Shown piece by piece: positions 39,969 to 50,537 of a DNA stretch of 64,000 nt. The notes beneath the pieces were generated by a model, which was not told the origin of the DNA, made no database searches, and saw nothing but the letters and a program-made list of their open reading frames with translations. Numbering within the stretch: position 1 is the stretch's first letter; the number at the start of each line of letters is the position of its first letter. This DNA is from Myxococcota bacterium (GTDB taxonomy: Bacteria > Myxococcota_A > UBA9160 > UBA6930): NCBI GenBank assembly GCA_965223705.1, contig OZ245015.1, forward strand, positions 2,240,001-2,304,000, in the 5' to 3' direction. Both the position numbers and the translations under genes were made by a program.

Positions 39969-40680
39969 AGTCCGGCTCTTCGCGGTCGAGCGCCGCGACC
40001 ATGCTCGTCCAGGCGTCCTCGAGGACGCCGCTCGCCAGATACTCGCCCCCCATCTTGGCGACGCTCGAAACCACCGCTTGCGGGACCGGCGTGATGGCTG
40101 CCCCGCCGGACGTCGCCGCCACTTGGATGGCACAAGCGCACTCGAGCACGTGGAGCCGGCCGAAAGCTTCGGCCACGCTGCGACCCACAGAGATGGTGCC
40201 GTGGTTGCGCAAGAGGAGGTTGTTCTTTTCGCCGAGGGCTTCGGCGACTTGCTCGTCCCCGACACCGATCCCCTCGTAGTCGACGTAAGCGACGTCTTCG
40301 GCGACGAGCATGGCGGTTTGCGAAAGCGGCAGCAGGCCCTCCGCCTGGGCAGATACCGCCGTGCCGGCCGTCGTGTGGAGATGCAGGATGCAGTTTACGT
40401 CTGGGCGGCGTTCGTGGATGGCGCCGTAGATGGGAAATCCGCCATCGTCGATACGGCCGCCTGCGACCGCCTTGCCCGCGAGGTCGACCTTGACGAGTCT
40501 CGACGCGGTGACTTCGCTGCACATGCTCGGGAAGGGCGTCACCAGCAGATGCTCGGGCTCTTCTGGAACGCGCGCCGAGAGGAGCGTAAACACCAGGTCG
40601 TCCCAACCGCGCCGCGCCACCATGCGGTGCGCTGCGGCCAATGCCCGGCGCTGAGTCGATTCGTTGTTCACCTCGGTCAT
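39958..40680 (-). CDS. Class II aldolase/adducin family protein
   Basis: EVTASRLVKVD, HERRPD..CILHLHT..GTAVS, LLRNHG; start re-picked at MTEVNN (GGAGG RBS). Confidence 0.88.
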   Translation of the reverse strand: MTEVNNESTQRRALAAAHRMVARRGWDDLVFTLLSARVPEEPEHLLVTPFPSMCSEVTASRLVKVDLAGKAVAGGRIDDGGFPIYGAIHERRPDVNCILHLHTTAGTAVSAQAEGLLPLSQTAMLVAEDVAYVDYEGIGVGDEQVAEALGEKNNLLLRNHGTISVGRSVAEAFGRLHVLECACAIQVAATSGGAAITPVPQAVVSSVAKMGGEYLASGVLEDAWTSMVAALDREEPDYAD

Positions 40681-40684
40681 CGCC

Positions 40685-41563
40685 CTACCTCCCGGTTCGC
40701 TCGAGATGTTCGGACAGCTGCCGGTCATACCGGCTCGTCGCGGCGTCGCCCTGAGAACGCCGATACGGCGTCCAGCGGGGCGGGCCCGCGGGTTCGGGCG
40801 TATCACCCATCACGGTGACGCGCTGGATGATGCGCTCGCCGTCGAAATCGTTCAGGACAAAGTGCTGGGTGCAACGGTTGTCCCACATGGCGACCGTACC
40901 CGGGGTCCAGTGGTACCGGACCGTAAAGCGCGGGTTCGCGATCCACCGGGTGAGGTAGCCGAGCAAGAGCTCACTTTCCTCGTGCGAAAGCTCGACGATG
41001 CGTCTCGTGAAGTGCTGGTTCACGAAGAGCGATTTCTGTCGCGTCACCGGATGAACGCGCACGACTGGATGGATCGCGGCCTTCTCCGGGCGACCGTGGG
41101 GCGATGCATCGTGAAGCGCGGTCAGCCCCTCGCAGAGGTCTCGAAGCGGCGGGGAGAGTTCGTCGTAGGCTTTGTACATGTTGGCCCACATAGTGTCGCC
41201 GCCGACCTCCGGGCATTCGAGCATGTGCAGGACGGCCATCACCGAAGGTTGTTCTTGGAACGTGATGTCGCTGTGCCATTCATCCGCGACGCCGCCGCCA
41301 CTCGCGGCGAGCTCGAAGATCTCGGGCTGCTCGGCCAGCGGATTCCGCAGGTGTGGATGACCTTCCAAGTGACCGAAGAGCCGACCGAAAGCGACGTGCT
41401 CGTCCGGAGTCGGATGTTGATCCGGAAAGAAGAGCACCAGGTGCTCCGTCAACAGCTTGAGGATCTCGTCGGGATCGACCGCAGCGACATCGGCCAACGA
41501 GATCCCGCGCACCTCGGCTCCTAGAGAACCCGAGAGTCGAATGACGTCGAACGGTTCACCCAT
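40685..41563 (-). CDS. TauD/TfdA family Fe/2OG dioxygenase
   Basis: WHSDITF, GGDTMWAN, HPVVRVHPVT, WDNRCTQH; start re-picked at MGEPFDV. Confidence 0.92.
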   Translation of the reverse strand: MGEPFDVIRLSGSLGAEVRGISLADVAAVDPDEILKLLTEHLVLFFPDQHPTPDEHVAFGRLFGHLEGHPHLRNPLAEQPEIFELAASGGGVADEWHSDITFQEQPSVMAVLHMLECPEVGGDTMWANMYKAYDELSPPLRDLCEGLTALHDASPHGRPEKAAIHPVVRVHPVTRQKSLFVNQHFTRRIVELSHEESELLLGYLTRWIANPRFTVRYHWTPGTVAMWDNRCTQHFVLNDFDGERIIQRVTVMGDTPEPAGPPRWTPYRRSQGDAATSRYDRQLSEHLERTGR

Positions 41564-41660
41564 GTGCCAGGTCCCTCCATGGTCCAACCCGTACAGGATA
41601 GCGCGCGGCCCGTTTCCGATGCGTTCGAGGAGTGCACTCCAGTCGCGCCTCTGACATGCT

Positions 41661-42662
41661 GTGGCGGTGAACGAATTCTGCTGCCGTTTCGGACTTGAGA
41701 CACCCATCCTCAATGCCGGCATGGGCCTGGGAATCGCGGGCCCCGCGCTGGCCCACGGCGTCCGCCTCGCGGGCGGCCTCGGGGTGCTCGGGCTCGGCGG
41801 CCTTCCCAAGGAAGTCGCACGCGATCAGATCGCGGCTTTCCGCCGCCTGTCCGAGCAGCCCTTCGGCGTGAATCAGATCTTGCCGCTGCATCAGGCGGGT
41901 GCCATTGAGGCGTGTATTGAAGCATCGGTCCCGCTGCTGATCCTATTTTGGGGCGATCCGTCGCCCTACGTCGCCGACGCGCGTCGCGCCGGCGTCGCGC
42001 TGTTTTCCCAGGTAGGGGACGCCGAGGAAGCGGCGCGTGCGGCAGACGCCGGTGTGGACGGCGTAGTCGTTCAGGGATGCGAAGCCGGCGGTCACGTCAA
42101 AGCCGTGCGGCCACTCGCCGAGACGCTGCCCGAGACGGTGTCCGCGGTTTCGCCCCGGCCGGTAATCGCCTCGGGCGGCATCCGCACGGGGGAGGACATC
42201 GCTCGTGCCCTTCGCGACGGTGCTTCCGCGGTATCGATCGGAACGCGCTATGTCGCGACGGTTGAGGCGGGCGTGACCGAAGCCTACAAGGAGCGCGTCG
42301 TGGCGGCCCGCAGCGAAGAGACGGCGTTGACCGAATTGTTCGACGTGGGTTGGCCCAACGCGGCTCACCGCGTTCTCCGCAATCGCGCGTTTCGCGAGTG
42401 GGAAGCGGATGGACGCCGGCCTCCGGGGTCGCGCCCGGGAGAAGATCGCGTCGTGGCGAAGCTCAAGGCGGGCACCGGCACCGTGGCGCTGCCGCGCTAC
42501 ACCGTCTCCCCTCCCGTCTCCGGGGTCGAGGGCGACCTCGAGGAGCTTCCGCTCTACTGCGGGGAATCCTGCGACGCAATTCGAGAGATCTCGCGTGCGG
42601 AAACCGTTACGCGCAAACTTCGCGCCGAATTCGAAGCGGCGTGGCCCGGTGGAACGCCCTAG
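41661..42662 (+). CDS. Nitronate monooxygenase / 2-nitropropane dioxygenase family FMN enzyme
   Basis: PILNAGMG, PFGVN, VQGCEAGGH, ASGGI, IGTRYVAT.E. Confidence 0.9.
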   Translation: MAVNEFCCRFGLETPILNAGMGLGIAGPALAHGVRLAGGLGVLGLGGLPKEVARDQIAAFRRLSEQPFGVNQILPLHQAGAIEACIEASVPLLILFWGDPSPYVADARRAGVALFSQVGDAEEAARAADAGVDGVVVQGCEAGGHVKAVRPLAETLPETVSAVSPRPVIASGGIRTGEDIARALRDGASAVSIGTRYVATVEAGVTEAYKERVVAARSEETALTELFDVGWPNAAHRVLRNRAFREWEADGRRPPGSRPGEDRVVAKLKAGTGTVALPRYTVSPPVSGVEGDLEELPLYCGESCDAIREISRAETVTRKLRAEFEAAWPGGTP

Positions 42663-42922
42663 ATCCCCAAGCGGCTCAAGGCGTTGACCACGGCTCGCAC
42701 GGCCGTCGTCAAATGCGGGTGGGAATCTTCGAAGCTCACCTCCGCTTCTCGAAGGCGGGAGATGATGGTGCTTCCCAGATCGGATTCGCTCGAGGCGAGG
42801 AGCGCTTCGATCTCTCCGAGCGCTTCACTCAGGGCGCGGGTTTGCTCCTGACTCAAAGGCTCCCCGGCATCGATCTCGCGATGAAGCTCGGCGACGGTCT
42901 CGCGTAGGTCTTCCCGGGACAC
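42659..42922 (-). CDS. DUF4404 family small protein
   Basis: L..LH.E...FEDSHPHLT..V..VVNALSRLGI; AGGAGG RBS. Confidence 0.85.
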   Translation of the reverse strand: MSREDLRETVAELHREIDAGEPLSQEQTRALSEALGEIEALLASSESDLGSTIISRLREAEVSFEDSHPHLTTAVRAVVNALSRLGI

Positions 42923-42985
42923 TTCTGAGAACCTCCTTCCCGCGCAAGATTACCGAACTCCCCGGTCTCTACGCTCTCCGACGCG

Positions 42986-43315
42986 CTAGCGGTTGTCGTA
43001 GACCTCCTTCGCGACGATCGCGGCATTGACTGCGGTGGGCCAGCCCGCGTAGAACGCCAGCTGCGTGATGATCTCGCCGATCTCGTCCTCGGTGACCCCG
43101 TTATCGAGGGCCCGGCCGATGTGGCTCCTCAGCTGATCCGTGCGATAGAGGGCGGTCAGCACGGCGACGATGATCAAACTTCGGTCGCGCTTGCTCAAGC
43201 CGGGCCGCTCCCAGATGTCGCCGAACACGACGTCGGTCGTCAATTCGGCGAGGTGGGGCGCCACTTCCTTCATCACCTCGTAAACGTCGGGTCGCTCGTG
43301 TGAGTTCTCAGGCAC
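42986..43315 (-). CDS. Carboxymuconolactone decarboxylase family protein
   Basis: FGDIWERPGLSKRDRSLI, HIGRALDNGVT..EI, FYAGWP; AGGAG RBS. Confidence 0.9.
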   Translation of the reverse strand: MPENSHERPDVYEVMKEVAPHLAELTTDVVFGDIWERPGLSKRDRSLIIVAVLTALYRTDQLRSHIGRALDNGVTEDEIGEIITQLAFYAGWPTAVNAAIVAKEVYDNR

Positions 43316-43342
43316 TGGTTGTCTCCTGGTTGGTTGGTCGGG

Positions 43343-44878
43343 TCAAAGCCCGGGTGCTTTCGGACCGAGTAAGGTCGCGCGCTCATGGTAGAGGCGCCTC
43401 GCCATGAGTTCGTGCCCGAACGGAGCGAGATGGACGCGATCCCACCACAAGAAGCCGCTATCGCGTTGCTCGACCAAGAATGCGTGGGTCTCGATAACGG
43501 GAACGCCTCGCTCGCGCGCGATCTCGCGCAAAATATCGTGACGCTCGTAGAGCTCGTGTAGGCTCCGCCGGTTCTCCGTGGTGTTTGCCTCGGGAATCAA
43601 GACGGTGTGGGCGCCTGAGGATTGCGCGAGCTCAACCAATTCTGGAAGAGCGCGGCGATAGCTTTCCGCATTCCTGTCATTGTGCCCGACGTTGAAAACG
43701 ACCACGTCGGGGTCGAGGTCGAGCCAGTTCGCGCGGTAGGTCGCCAGTAGTTGAGGCGCGGTCCAGGCGGGAATTCCGGCGCTCAGGCACTCAAAGCGGG
43801 TTTTCGGCGGTGCGGAACGGTTGAGCTTTGCCTCGAGCCGTTCAAACCACGTGTCTCCGCGAGACCGCGCGCCGGATCCCCAGGTTTGGGAGCCGCCCAC
43901 CATGAGGATGCGGAAGACGCCCTCGGGCTTCGTCGCCGCCGCGACTCGGGCGAGTCGTGCGACGACGGCTGATTCGTCCTCGATGCGGTTTGGGTAGTGG
44001 TAGAAGTCGACGTTGTCGGTATGTCGCCGCCCGAGAACGAAACGTTCGGTAGCCAGGCCGAGGCTCGCCGTTACGAGGAGAACGAGATGCGACGTCGCTA
44101 GGTAGAGATGGAGCGATCGCTCACTGCGACTCCGTTGACGCCGGGTCGCCGCAAAGACGGCGAAGTGGAAGAACGCCACCGCCGCCATACACGCCGCAAA
44201 GCTCGGCCACAGCGGGCCCCGGTGCGAAAACGATTCCGTAATCGTCGGAGTGCCATCGGCGCGCTCGAGAACCACGTTGTCGACGTAGGTGTGCTTCGCC
44301 CCGGACCCGCGAAATCCCACGAGCCCGCGTTCGATGTCGCGACGCGGACAGGAGCCCGCCGCGATTCCGTCTACGTTCACCGAAAAGCCATGTTCTCCCG
44401 GGTGCAACGCCAGCCGGTGCCAGCCCTTGTCGAGGCCCGAAACGGGAAGGATCACGCGATGCCGAAAGCCACCGTCTCCGTCCCCGACCAGACACGCCGT
44501 TGGGAAATCGGGGTTGCGGCTCAAACGCACGCCGGCGAACCCGTCGGCATTCTTGTCGTAGAGCACCACGAGATACCCCTCTTCTCGCAGCCGAATATCC
44601 GCCTCGAGCGCTTCTAGCGCGAGCGGCTCCCGAAACAGGACCTCGTGAAACTTGTGCCAGACGCCGAGGTTCAGCCGACCGCGATGGAGGGCCGTCCGGG
44701 TCGTGAGAAAAGCGACGGCTCCCAGGATTCCGTACTCGACGTCGACTTTCGAACTCGTCCACCGTCCGTTGCGGTGGAGGGTGTTCTGGCGCTGCAAGAT
44801 GATCTGCTGGAGGAGTAACGCCGCGAGAACCGACGCGAGCACGTGAAATACGACGAGACGTTTCGGGCGAGCGGGCAC
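43343..44878 (-). CDS. Membrane-anchored SGNH/GDSL hydrolase with N-terminal beta-sandwich domain
   Basis: GGSQTWG, GHND, DRVH; TM segments; WHRLAL..VNVDG..G.VGFR..YVDNV lectin/LamG-like stretch. Confidence 0.75.
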   Translation of the reverse strand: MPARPKRLVVFHVLASVLAALLLQQIILQRQNTLHRNGRWTSSKVDVEYGILGAVAFLTTRTALHRGRLNLGVWHKFHEVLFREPLALEALEADIRLREEGYLVVLYDKNADGFAGVRLSRNPDFPTACLVGDGDGGFRHRVILPVSGLDKGWHRLALHPGEHGFSVNVDGIAAGSCPRRDIERGLVGFRGSGAKHTYVDNVVLERADGTPTITESFSHRGPLWPSFAACMAAVAFFHFAVFAATRRQRSRSERSLHLYLATSHLVLLVTASLGLATERFVLGRRHTDNVDFYHYPNRIEDESAVVARLARVAAATKPEGVFRILMVGGSQTWGSGARSRGDTWFERLEAKLNRSAPPKTRFECLSAGIPAWTAPQLLATYRANWLDLDPDVVVFNVGHNDRNAESYRRALPELVELAQSSGAHTVLIPEANTTENRRSLHELYERHDILREIARERGVPVIETHAFLVEQRDSGFLWWDRVHLAPFGHELMARRLYHERATLLGPKAPGL

Positions 44879-44881
44879 GAC

Positions 44882-45664
44882 CTACGGACTTTCGAGGTAG
44901 TTCTCGACGAGTGCCCACTCTGCGGCATTCGCCATCACGTCGTTGTGATCCCTTCCCGGGAAGACATGAATCTCGGGCCCTCTTGGCAGCTCACGGACCA
45001 ATGCCTCGGTCGCGCTTCTGGGGATCACGGAGTCGCTCTCTGCCACCAGGATCAACGCGTCGACGCCGACGCGTTGGGCGTCACCACGCGTCTCAAAGGG
45101 ATGCCTCATCAGACTTCTCACGGGAAGCCACGGGTAGTGGAACCGGGCGACATCCCGGAGGCTCGCGAAAGGACTGATCAGGATCAGCCCATCGAGCTCG
45201 CGACGCGCGGCGACGTGGAGCGCCATGGCGGTGCCGAGGCTCCGGCCCATGATCGCGATCCTGCGTTTCGGGTGCTGCTTACGGATCCAGTCGAAGTGCG
45301 CGAGAGCGTCGCCCCGGAGTGCGCCTTCGCTCGGAGTGCCTTCGCTGTCGCCGTAGCCACGGTAGTCGATCAAGTACGCCGTCACCTCGCGGAGCGCGAG
45401 CATCGCCCCGGCATTGGCGGCGACAGGCTCCGCATTCCCGCCGAAGTACACCAGGACCACGCGCTCTTCCTCCGCGCGCACGCGCACGCCGCGCAAGCGG
45501 AGACCTCCTACGACGTTCTCGATCGCTTGCACGCGCGGATCCGCGAGCGGAGCGACCGGTCGCGCGCCGATAAAGAGCAGCCGATCTTGCTTTAGGTAGA
45601 AGAGCGCGCAGACGGCAACGTAGACGCCGGCGCCGATCAAGAGAAAGACGACAAGGGATCTCAT
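44882..45664 (-). CDS. Alpha/beta hydrolase (ABHD13/BEM46-like)
   Basis: YFGGNAE, DYRGYG.SEG.PSE, GRSLG, DHND; start re-picked at MRSLVV. Confidence 0.9.
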   Translation of the reverse strand: MRSLVVFLLIGAGVYVAVCALFYLKQDRLLFIGARPVAPLADPRVQAIENVVGGLRLRGVRVRAEEERVVLVYFGGNAEPVAANAGAMLALREVTAYLIDYRGYGDSEGTPSEGALRGDALAHFDWIRKQHPKRRIAIMGRSLGTAMALHVAARRELDGLILISPFASLRDVARFHYPWLPVRSLMRHPFETRGDAQRVGVDALILVAESDSVIPRSATEALVRELPRGPEIHVFPGRDHNDVMANAAEWALVENYLESP

Positions 45665-46653
45665 CGGCCGACCAGCATGCGAACCACGGCGCGTCGCTTC
45701 GGAGCCGTCATGTGTCGCTGTGTGAAGAACCGCGCGTGTGCGTCCCGGGGAGCGCCCTTGTCGAGTGAAAGGCCCCACAACCCCTCGATCTGGTTCGGAA
45801 CGAGGGAGTAGCGCACATCGATGACACGCGAGGGGTCGCTCGGGTCGAGGGCGAGCCAGTTCCGAGAAAACTCCCCGAAGCGATCGATATCGATCGCTTG
45901 CTGTGTCTTCGGTTCGAGCCAGGGCAGATCGCGTTCGATCGCGAGTGCCGGGATCGGATCGCCAGAAAAGACTTGCGTCTCAAAGCTCAAACGCAGGGCG
46001 TCCGCGTAGAAGCGGCCCTCGACCTCGTACAGGGATTTCCACAGGAGAAGGTTGCCGAACGTAGGCTTCACGACGAGCCGCTCGAAGGCATGCCCCCGCG
46101 TCTGCGCAACCTGCGCACCCGCGATTTCTGCTCGTTCGCGCTGCACGATACCGAGACTGAGATAGAGAAGGATGAAAAGAGCGCCGAAGTGAGCGAAACG
46201 AGACCTCTGCCGAAACCACGCGAGGCCGACGGCGGAGGTGACCACGAGGGTGAGCAGTGGGTCGACGACGGCGATGATGTTCCACGCGACGCGTAGGTCG
46301 GAAAACGGCCACAGGAGCATGGTCCCGTAGGAGGTACACGCATCGATGGCGCCGTGGGTCGCGTAGCCGATCAGAGCAAAGGTGTAGAGACGTCCGAACG
46401 AGGCATTGCTCGAGAGGCCGCGCCCGAGGCCCGCGACCAACAACGCACCGATCGGAATAAACACCAGAGAGTGTGTGAACTGCCGGTGGAACTCGAGAAA
46501 CAGCAACGGGTCGTCCGAGGAACGAATGAAGACATCGATGTCTGGCACAGCACCGGCGACCGCGCCGATGGCGGCGGCGCGCCGCAGTTCAGTCGGTCTG
46601 GCCAAGCTCGCGCTTGCGATGGCGCCAATGACGGCCTGGCTGATCGGGTCCAT
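45661..46653 (-). CDS. YdjM-like inner-membrane metal-dependent hydrolase
   Basis: MDPISQ, PDID, HRQFTHS, H.AIDACTSYGT.LLWPFS. Confidence 0.9.
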   Translation of the reverse strand: MDPISQAVIGAIASASLARPTELRRAAAIGAVAGAVPDIDVFIRSSDDPLLFLEFHRQFTHSLVFIPIGALLVAGLGRGLSSNASFGRLYTFALIGYATHGAIDACTSYGTMLLWPFSDLRVAWNIIAVVDPLLTLVVTSAVGLAWFRQRSRFAHFGALFILLYLSLGIVQRERAEIAGAQVAQTRGHAFERLVVKPTFGNLLLWKSLYEVEGRFYADALRLSFETQVFSGDPIPALAIERDLPWLEPKTQQAIDIDRFGEFSRNWLALDPSDPSRVIDVRYSLVPNQIEGLWGLSLDKGAPRDAHARFFTQRHMTAPKRRAVVRMLVGR

Positions 46654-46750
46654 GCCTTGTCCGGGTTCGGGGGTGGTCCCCTCGTGGGTTCGAGTCATTG
46701 TACAGTTACCGCGCGAACCCGATGGAAGCGCGAGCGGAGGACCGCCATCG

Positions 46751-47827
46751 ATGCTGATTGGACTCATCACTACAATAGCCATCTTGGTGCTTTCGCTCGT
46801 GTGGGTTCGGGCACGTCTGCAGGGCCCGGATCTCCACCGCTTCGACGAGCCGATCGATCCACCGGTGTCGCCGCGAAGTAGTGCGAGTCCGGCGCATGCG
46901 GACGTCGTGCGACAAATCGAGGAGATGGCGCGCTCCCTGTCGGAACTGCCGCGCACGGCGCGGTTGGGCGCCCTCCGGAAACAACTCGACGCCGGGTTCG
47001 GCTCTCCCGCTGATCCATCCACGAAGGTGATTCCGGTCGATGGCGCGGGATTCCGGGGGGAGTGGGTGCTGGCACCGGGCTCCCGCCCCGACCGCCGACT
47101 TCTCTACCTCCACGGCGGCGCTTTCGTGGCCGGAAGCTCCGTGAGTCACCGCGGCATCACGTCTCGGTTTTCGCAAGATGCGCGAGCCGCCGTGCTCTCT
47201 GTCGACTACCGGTTGATGCCCGAGAACAACCGCCAGGCAGGGATCGACGACTGTCGGGCGGCCTATCGTTGGTTGCTCGAAAACGGACCCGACGGGCCTT
47301 CTGCGCCCGAGACGCTCTTCGTGGCGGGAGATTCCGCGGGCGGGAACCTCGCACTGATGCTCGTCGCCTGGGCGCGGGATGCGGGACTTCGGCCCGCCGA
47401 TGGCGCCGTGGCCTTGTCCCCCGGAACCGACGCGACCTTTGGGAGTCCGAGCCTGACGAGCAACCTCGATTCCGATCCGATGCTCGCGCCCATGCTCCGC
47501 GACTTTCTCCGAATACCCCGCCCCTTCCGTCTTCTCATCACTTGGGCGACGTCCAAGATGCGCCCCTGCGATCCGGTGGTTTCTCCGGTGTTCGGCGACT
47601 TGTCCCGACTTCCGCCGGTGCTCGTCCACGCGAGCGACGCGGAACTCCTGCGAGACGACGCCAGGCGCTGGGTCAACAAAGCGCGCGCTGCGGGCTCTCC
47701 CGCCACTCTCGAGACGTGGCCTCACGTCGTCCATGTTTGGCACGCGTTCGCGCCTGAACTCACCGAAGCCAATGAGGCCCGCGAACGCATCCGCGCTTTC
47801 TTCGATCGGTGCGCGAGCGTCTCATAG
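46751..47827 (+). CDS. HSL-family esterase/lipase with N-terminal membrane anchor
   Basis: YLHGGAF, DYRLMPE, GDSAGG, HVWH; GGAGG RBS before MLIGLITT. Confidence 0.9.
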   Translation: MLIGLITTIAILVLSLVWVRARLQGPDLHRFDEPIDPPVSPRSSASPAHADVVRQIEEMARSLSELPRTARLGALRKQLDAGFGSPADPSTKVIPVDGAGFRGEWVLAPGSRPDRRLLYLHGGAFVAGSSVSHRGITSRFSQDARAAVLSVDYRLMPENNRQAGIDDCRAAYRWLLENGPDGPSAPETLFVAGDSAGGNLALMLVAWARDAGLRPADGAVALSPGTDATFGSPSLTSNLDSDPMLAPMLRDFLRIPRPFRLLITWATSKMRPCDPVVSPVFGDLSRLPPVLVHASDAELLRDDARRWVNKARAAGSPATLETWPHVVHVWHAFAPELTEANEARERIRAFFDRCASVS

Positions 47828-47842
47828 ACGCGCGTTGTCGCC

Positions 47843-49325
47843 TCACGCGTAATCGAAAGCGGCGTCGTCCAGGTCGATCGCGGGAATTTCCTTCCTCTCC
47901 GCCCAGTAGTCCTGGTTGTGCTGCCAGTCCGGCTTGTCACCGCGCTTGGGCAAGAGGTGCATGCGACGCATGAGATAGCCGGGGTTGAAGTTCTCCTGAT
48001 CGATCCACGGCAGGATCGGCATGTCCGCGTCTTCCGGACGTAGCCTGGGCGTGACGCGCCTCGCCCCTTTCTCGTCCATGTGCCGGAGGAGTCGGCAGGT
48101 GAAGTCGCCCAGCAAGTCGACCCGCAAGGTCCAGCTCGCCCGGAAGTAACCGAAGACCCAGAGGAGGTTCGGGACGCCGGTGAACATCATCCCGCGGTAC
48201 GTGACGGTCTCAGCGAAATCGACGGGTTTCCCATCGACAGAGAACTCGATGCCGCCGAGTACGCTCAGATTGAAGCCCGTCGCGGTGACGACGATGTCGG
48301 CTTCGAGGAACTCGCCTGACTTGAGGAGGATGCCCTTCTCGGTGAAGCGTTCGATATGGTCCGTGACCATCGACGCCTTGCCCGCCGCGATTCCGCGGAA
48401 GATGTCACCATCCGGAACGAACGCCAGCCGCTGTTGCCAAGGGCGATACTTCGGTGTGAAGTGCGTCGCGATGTCGTAGTCGGGACCGAGATAGGCGCGC
48501 ACACCGTCGAGCAGCTCGCGCTTGACCACTTCGGGCTCTTCGACAGCGCGACGCGTGAATTCTTCCTGTTCGTGGAGGATCTGCCGTCGCGTGATCTCGT
48601 GGATCCAGGTCTCATCCACCTTGAGCGCCCGGAGCTGATCGGCGAGCGGGTTCTGGTTGATTGCGGGATGAAAGTACGTCGGTGAACGCTGGAGTACGGT
48701 GACGTGCTCGCACGCTTCGGCGATCGCTGGGACGACCGTGGCCGTGGTGGCGCCGGAGCCGATCACGACCACCTTCTTCCCTTTGTAATCGAGATCTTCG
48801 GGCCAGGTCTGGGGATGAACGATCTCGCCCGCGAATTCGTCCATGCCCTCCCACTCGGGGGTGTAGCCCTTGGCGTGCTCGTAGTAGCCCTGACACATCC
48901 ACAGGAAGTTCGCGGTGAGATGGACCGCCTCTCCTGTGTCGGTGCGGGTTCCTTCGATCGTCCAAAGATTCTCTTCGCTCGACCAGCGGGCTGTCGCGAT
49001 CCGGTGGTTGTACCGGATATGGCGATCGAGATCGTTCTCTTCGATCACCTCCTCCATGTAGGCGAGGATCTCGTCGGCGGTCGCTACCGGTGGGCCCGTC
49101 CAAGGCTTGAAGCGGTACCCAAAGGTGTAGAGGTCGCTGTCGGACCGAATGCCTGGGATAGCGGTGGATGTGCCAGGTGCCGCCGAAGGTCTCGAGAGCT
49201 TCGAGGACGATGAAGCTCTTCTCCGGACATTGCTGGGTCAGGTGATAGGCCGCGCCGACGCCGGAAATGCCCGCCCCAACTACGAGAACGTCGAAGTGTT
49301 CAGCTTGTCGTGTTGTCTCACTCAC
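47843..49325 (-). pseudogene. EthA-like flavin-containing monooxygenase with a single-base frameshift (pseudogene or assembly error)
   Basis: N-terminal GAGISG...GGTWHIHRYP is in one frame; GIRSDSDLYTFGY...FAGEIVHPQTWP...GSGAT...ATGF is in another. One extra base in TATCCCAGGCATT near 49154-49157. Confidence 0.85.
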
Positions 49326-50431
49326 TATGCTGCCGCCTGCTCTCGGGAAGTTCCGATTTCTTCGCCCACCTGCGCCTCCTTCAGCTTGGGAAGCACTTCC
49401 TTCGCGAAGAGATGGACGTTGGCGTGAGCCATCTCGGGCGGCATCCCGCCGTAGCTGAACACACCGATCTGCCCTGCACTGTCGGCCATCGACTGGTAGT
49501 CCATGATCTTCTCGAAAACCTGCTTCGGCGTTCCGTAGATCTGCAGCTCGGCGAGGAAGCTCACGAACGCGTCGACGCCGTGCTTGCGGATGTTCTTCGA
49601 GAGACCGCCGTAGTACTCGTAACCCTTGATGTTCGCGAGTTCGGCGTTGTCGAACTCATAGTGCTCGAGCGCAGAACGACTGTACGCACGGATGTACGTC
49701 TCCATCATCTCCTTGGCCACGCTCTCATCCTCGTGGCACGCGATGAAGCTCGCGATGATGGGTTTCGGCGCTTCTCTCCCGTTCAGCTCTCGGTAGAGCT
49801 CGCGATACATGGTCAGTTCCGACTGGGTCGTCGCCCACGGCTTTTGCGCGATGACCAAGATGCCGACCTCGAGCCGCGCCATGATGCGCGCGGACTCGGG
49901 TGAGACGGCCGCCGCATACGCGCGGCCCCGAAACGACCGAAACGGCGCGGGCCGGATGGCGGCCCGCGGCTGGTTGAAATACTTCCCTCGGTATTCGATC
50001 ACGCCCGTCTCGAGCGCTCCGAGGATCGCTTCGGTGTACTCGATGAAGCGACCCCTCGATTCGTTCATATCGAGACGGAACGCGTCGAACTCGACCCGAC
50101 CGAGACCTCGCCCGAAGCCGACGATCGCCCGCCCTTTCGACACGTGATCGAGGACCGAGATCTCCTCGCACAGGCGAATCGGGTCGTGCCACGGCACGAT
50201 GTACGCCATGGCACCGAGCTTCACGTGCTGGGTGCGACCCGCCATGTAGGTGAGGAACTGCGCGACGTTGGGACACATCGTGTACTCGGTGAAGTGATGT
50301 TCCGCCGCCCAGATCGAATCGAAACCGAGAGGCTCTGCGAGATCGGCCATTCCGAGTTCATGCTCATAGACCGTCTTGTCGCTTTCGTCGTTGCGCAGAT
50401 TCTGAAAGAAAGCACTGAACCCGACGTGCAT
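49325..50431 (-). CDS. LLM-class flavin-dependent oxidoreductase
   Basis: AEPLGFDSIWAAEHHF, PIRLCEEISVLD, GFGRG..RVEF, AAVSPES. Confidence 0.9.
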   Translation of the reverse strand: MHVGFSAFFQNLRNDESDKTVYEHELGMADLAEPLGFDSIWAAEHHFTEYTMCPNVAQFLTYMAGRTQHVKLGAMAYIVPWHDPIRLCEEISVLDHVSKGRAIVGFGRGLGRVEFDAFRLDMNESRGRFIEYTEAILGALETGVIEYRGKYFNQPRAAIRPAPFRSFRGRAYAAAVSPESARIMARLEVGILVIAQKPWATTQSELTMYRELYRELNGREAPKPIIASFIACHEDESVAKEMMETYIRAYSRSALEHYEFDNAELANIKGYEYYGGLSKNIRKHGVDAFVSFLAELQIYGTPKQVFEKIMDYQSMADSAGQIGVFSYGGMPPEMAHANVHLFAKEVLPKLKEAQVGEEIGTSREQAAA

Positions 50432-50537
50432 TGGGCACCCCCGTTTCTTCGAGGCTACGAGCCGGTGGGGGACCGGGGTATGAGCGCGGTCATACGGTCC
50501 AAAGTGATCGCCACCGCCTGGTGCTTATATTCGGGTC

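Noticed and set aside
37677..40094. 805-aa ORF spanning the diguanylate cyclase and monooxygenase genes
   Set aside because: Arg/Ala/Pro-rich off-frame translation with no domain signal
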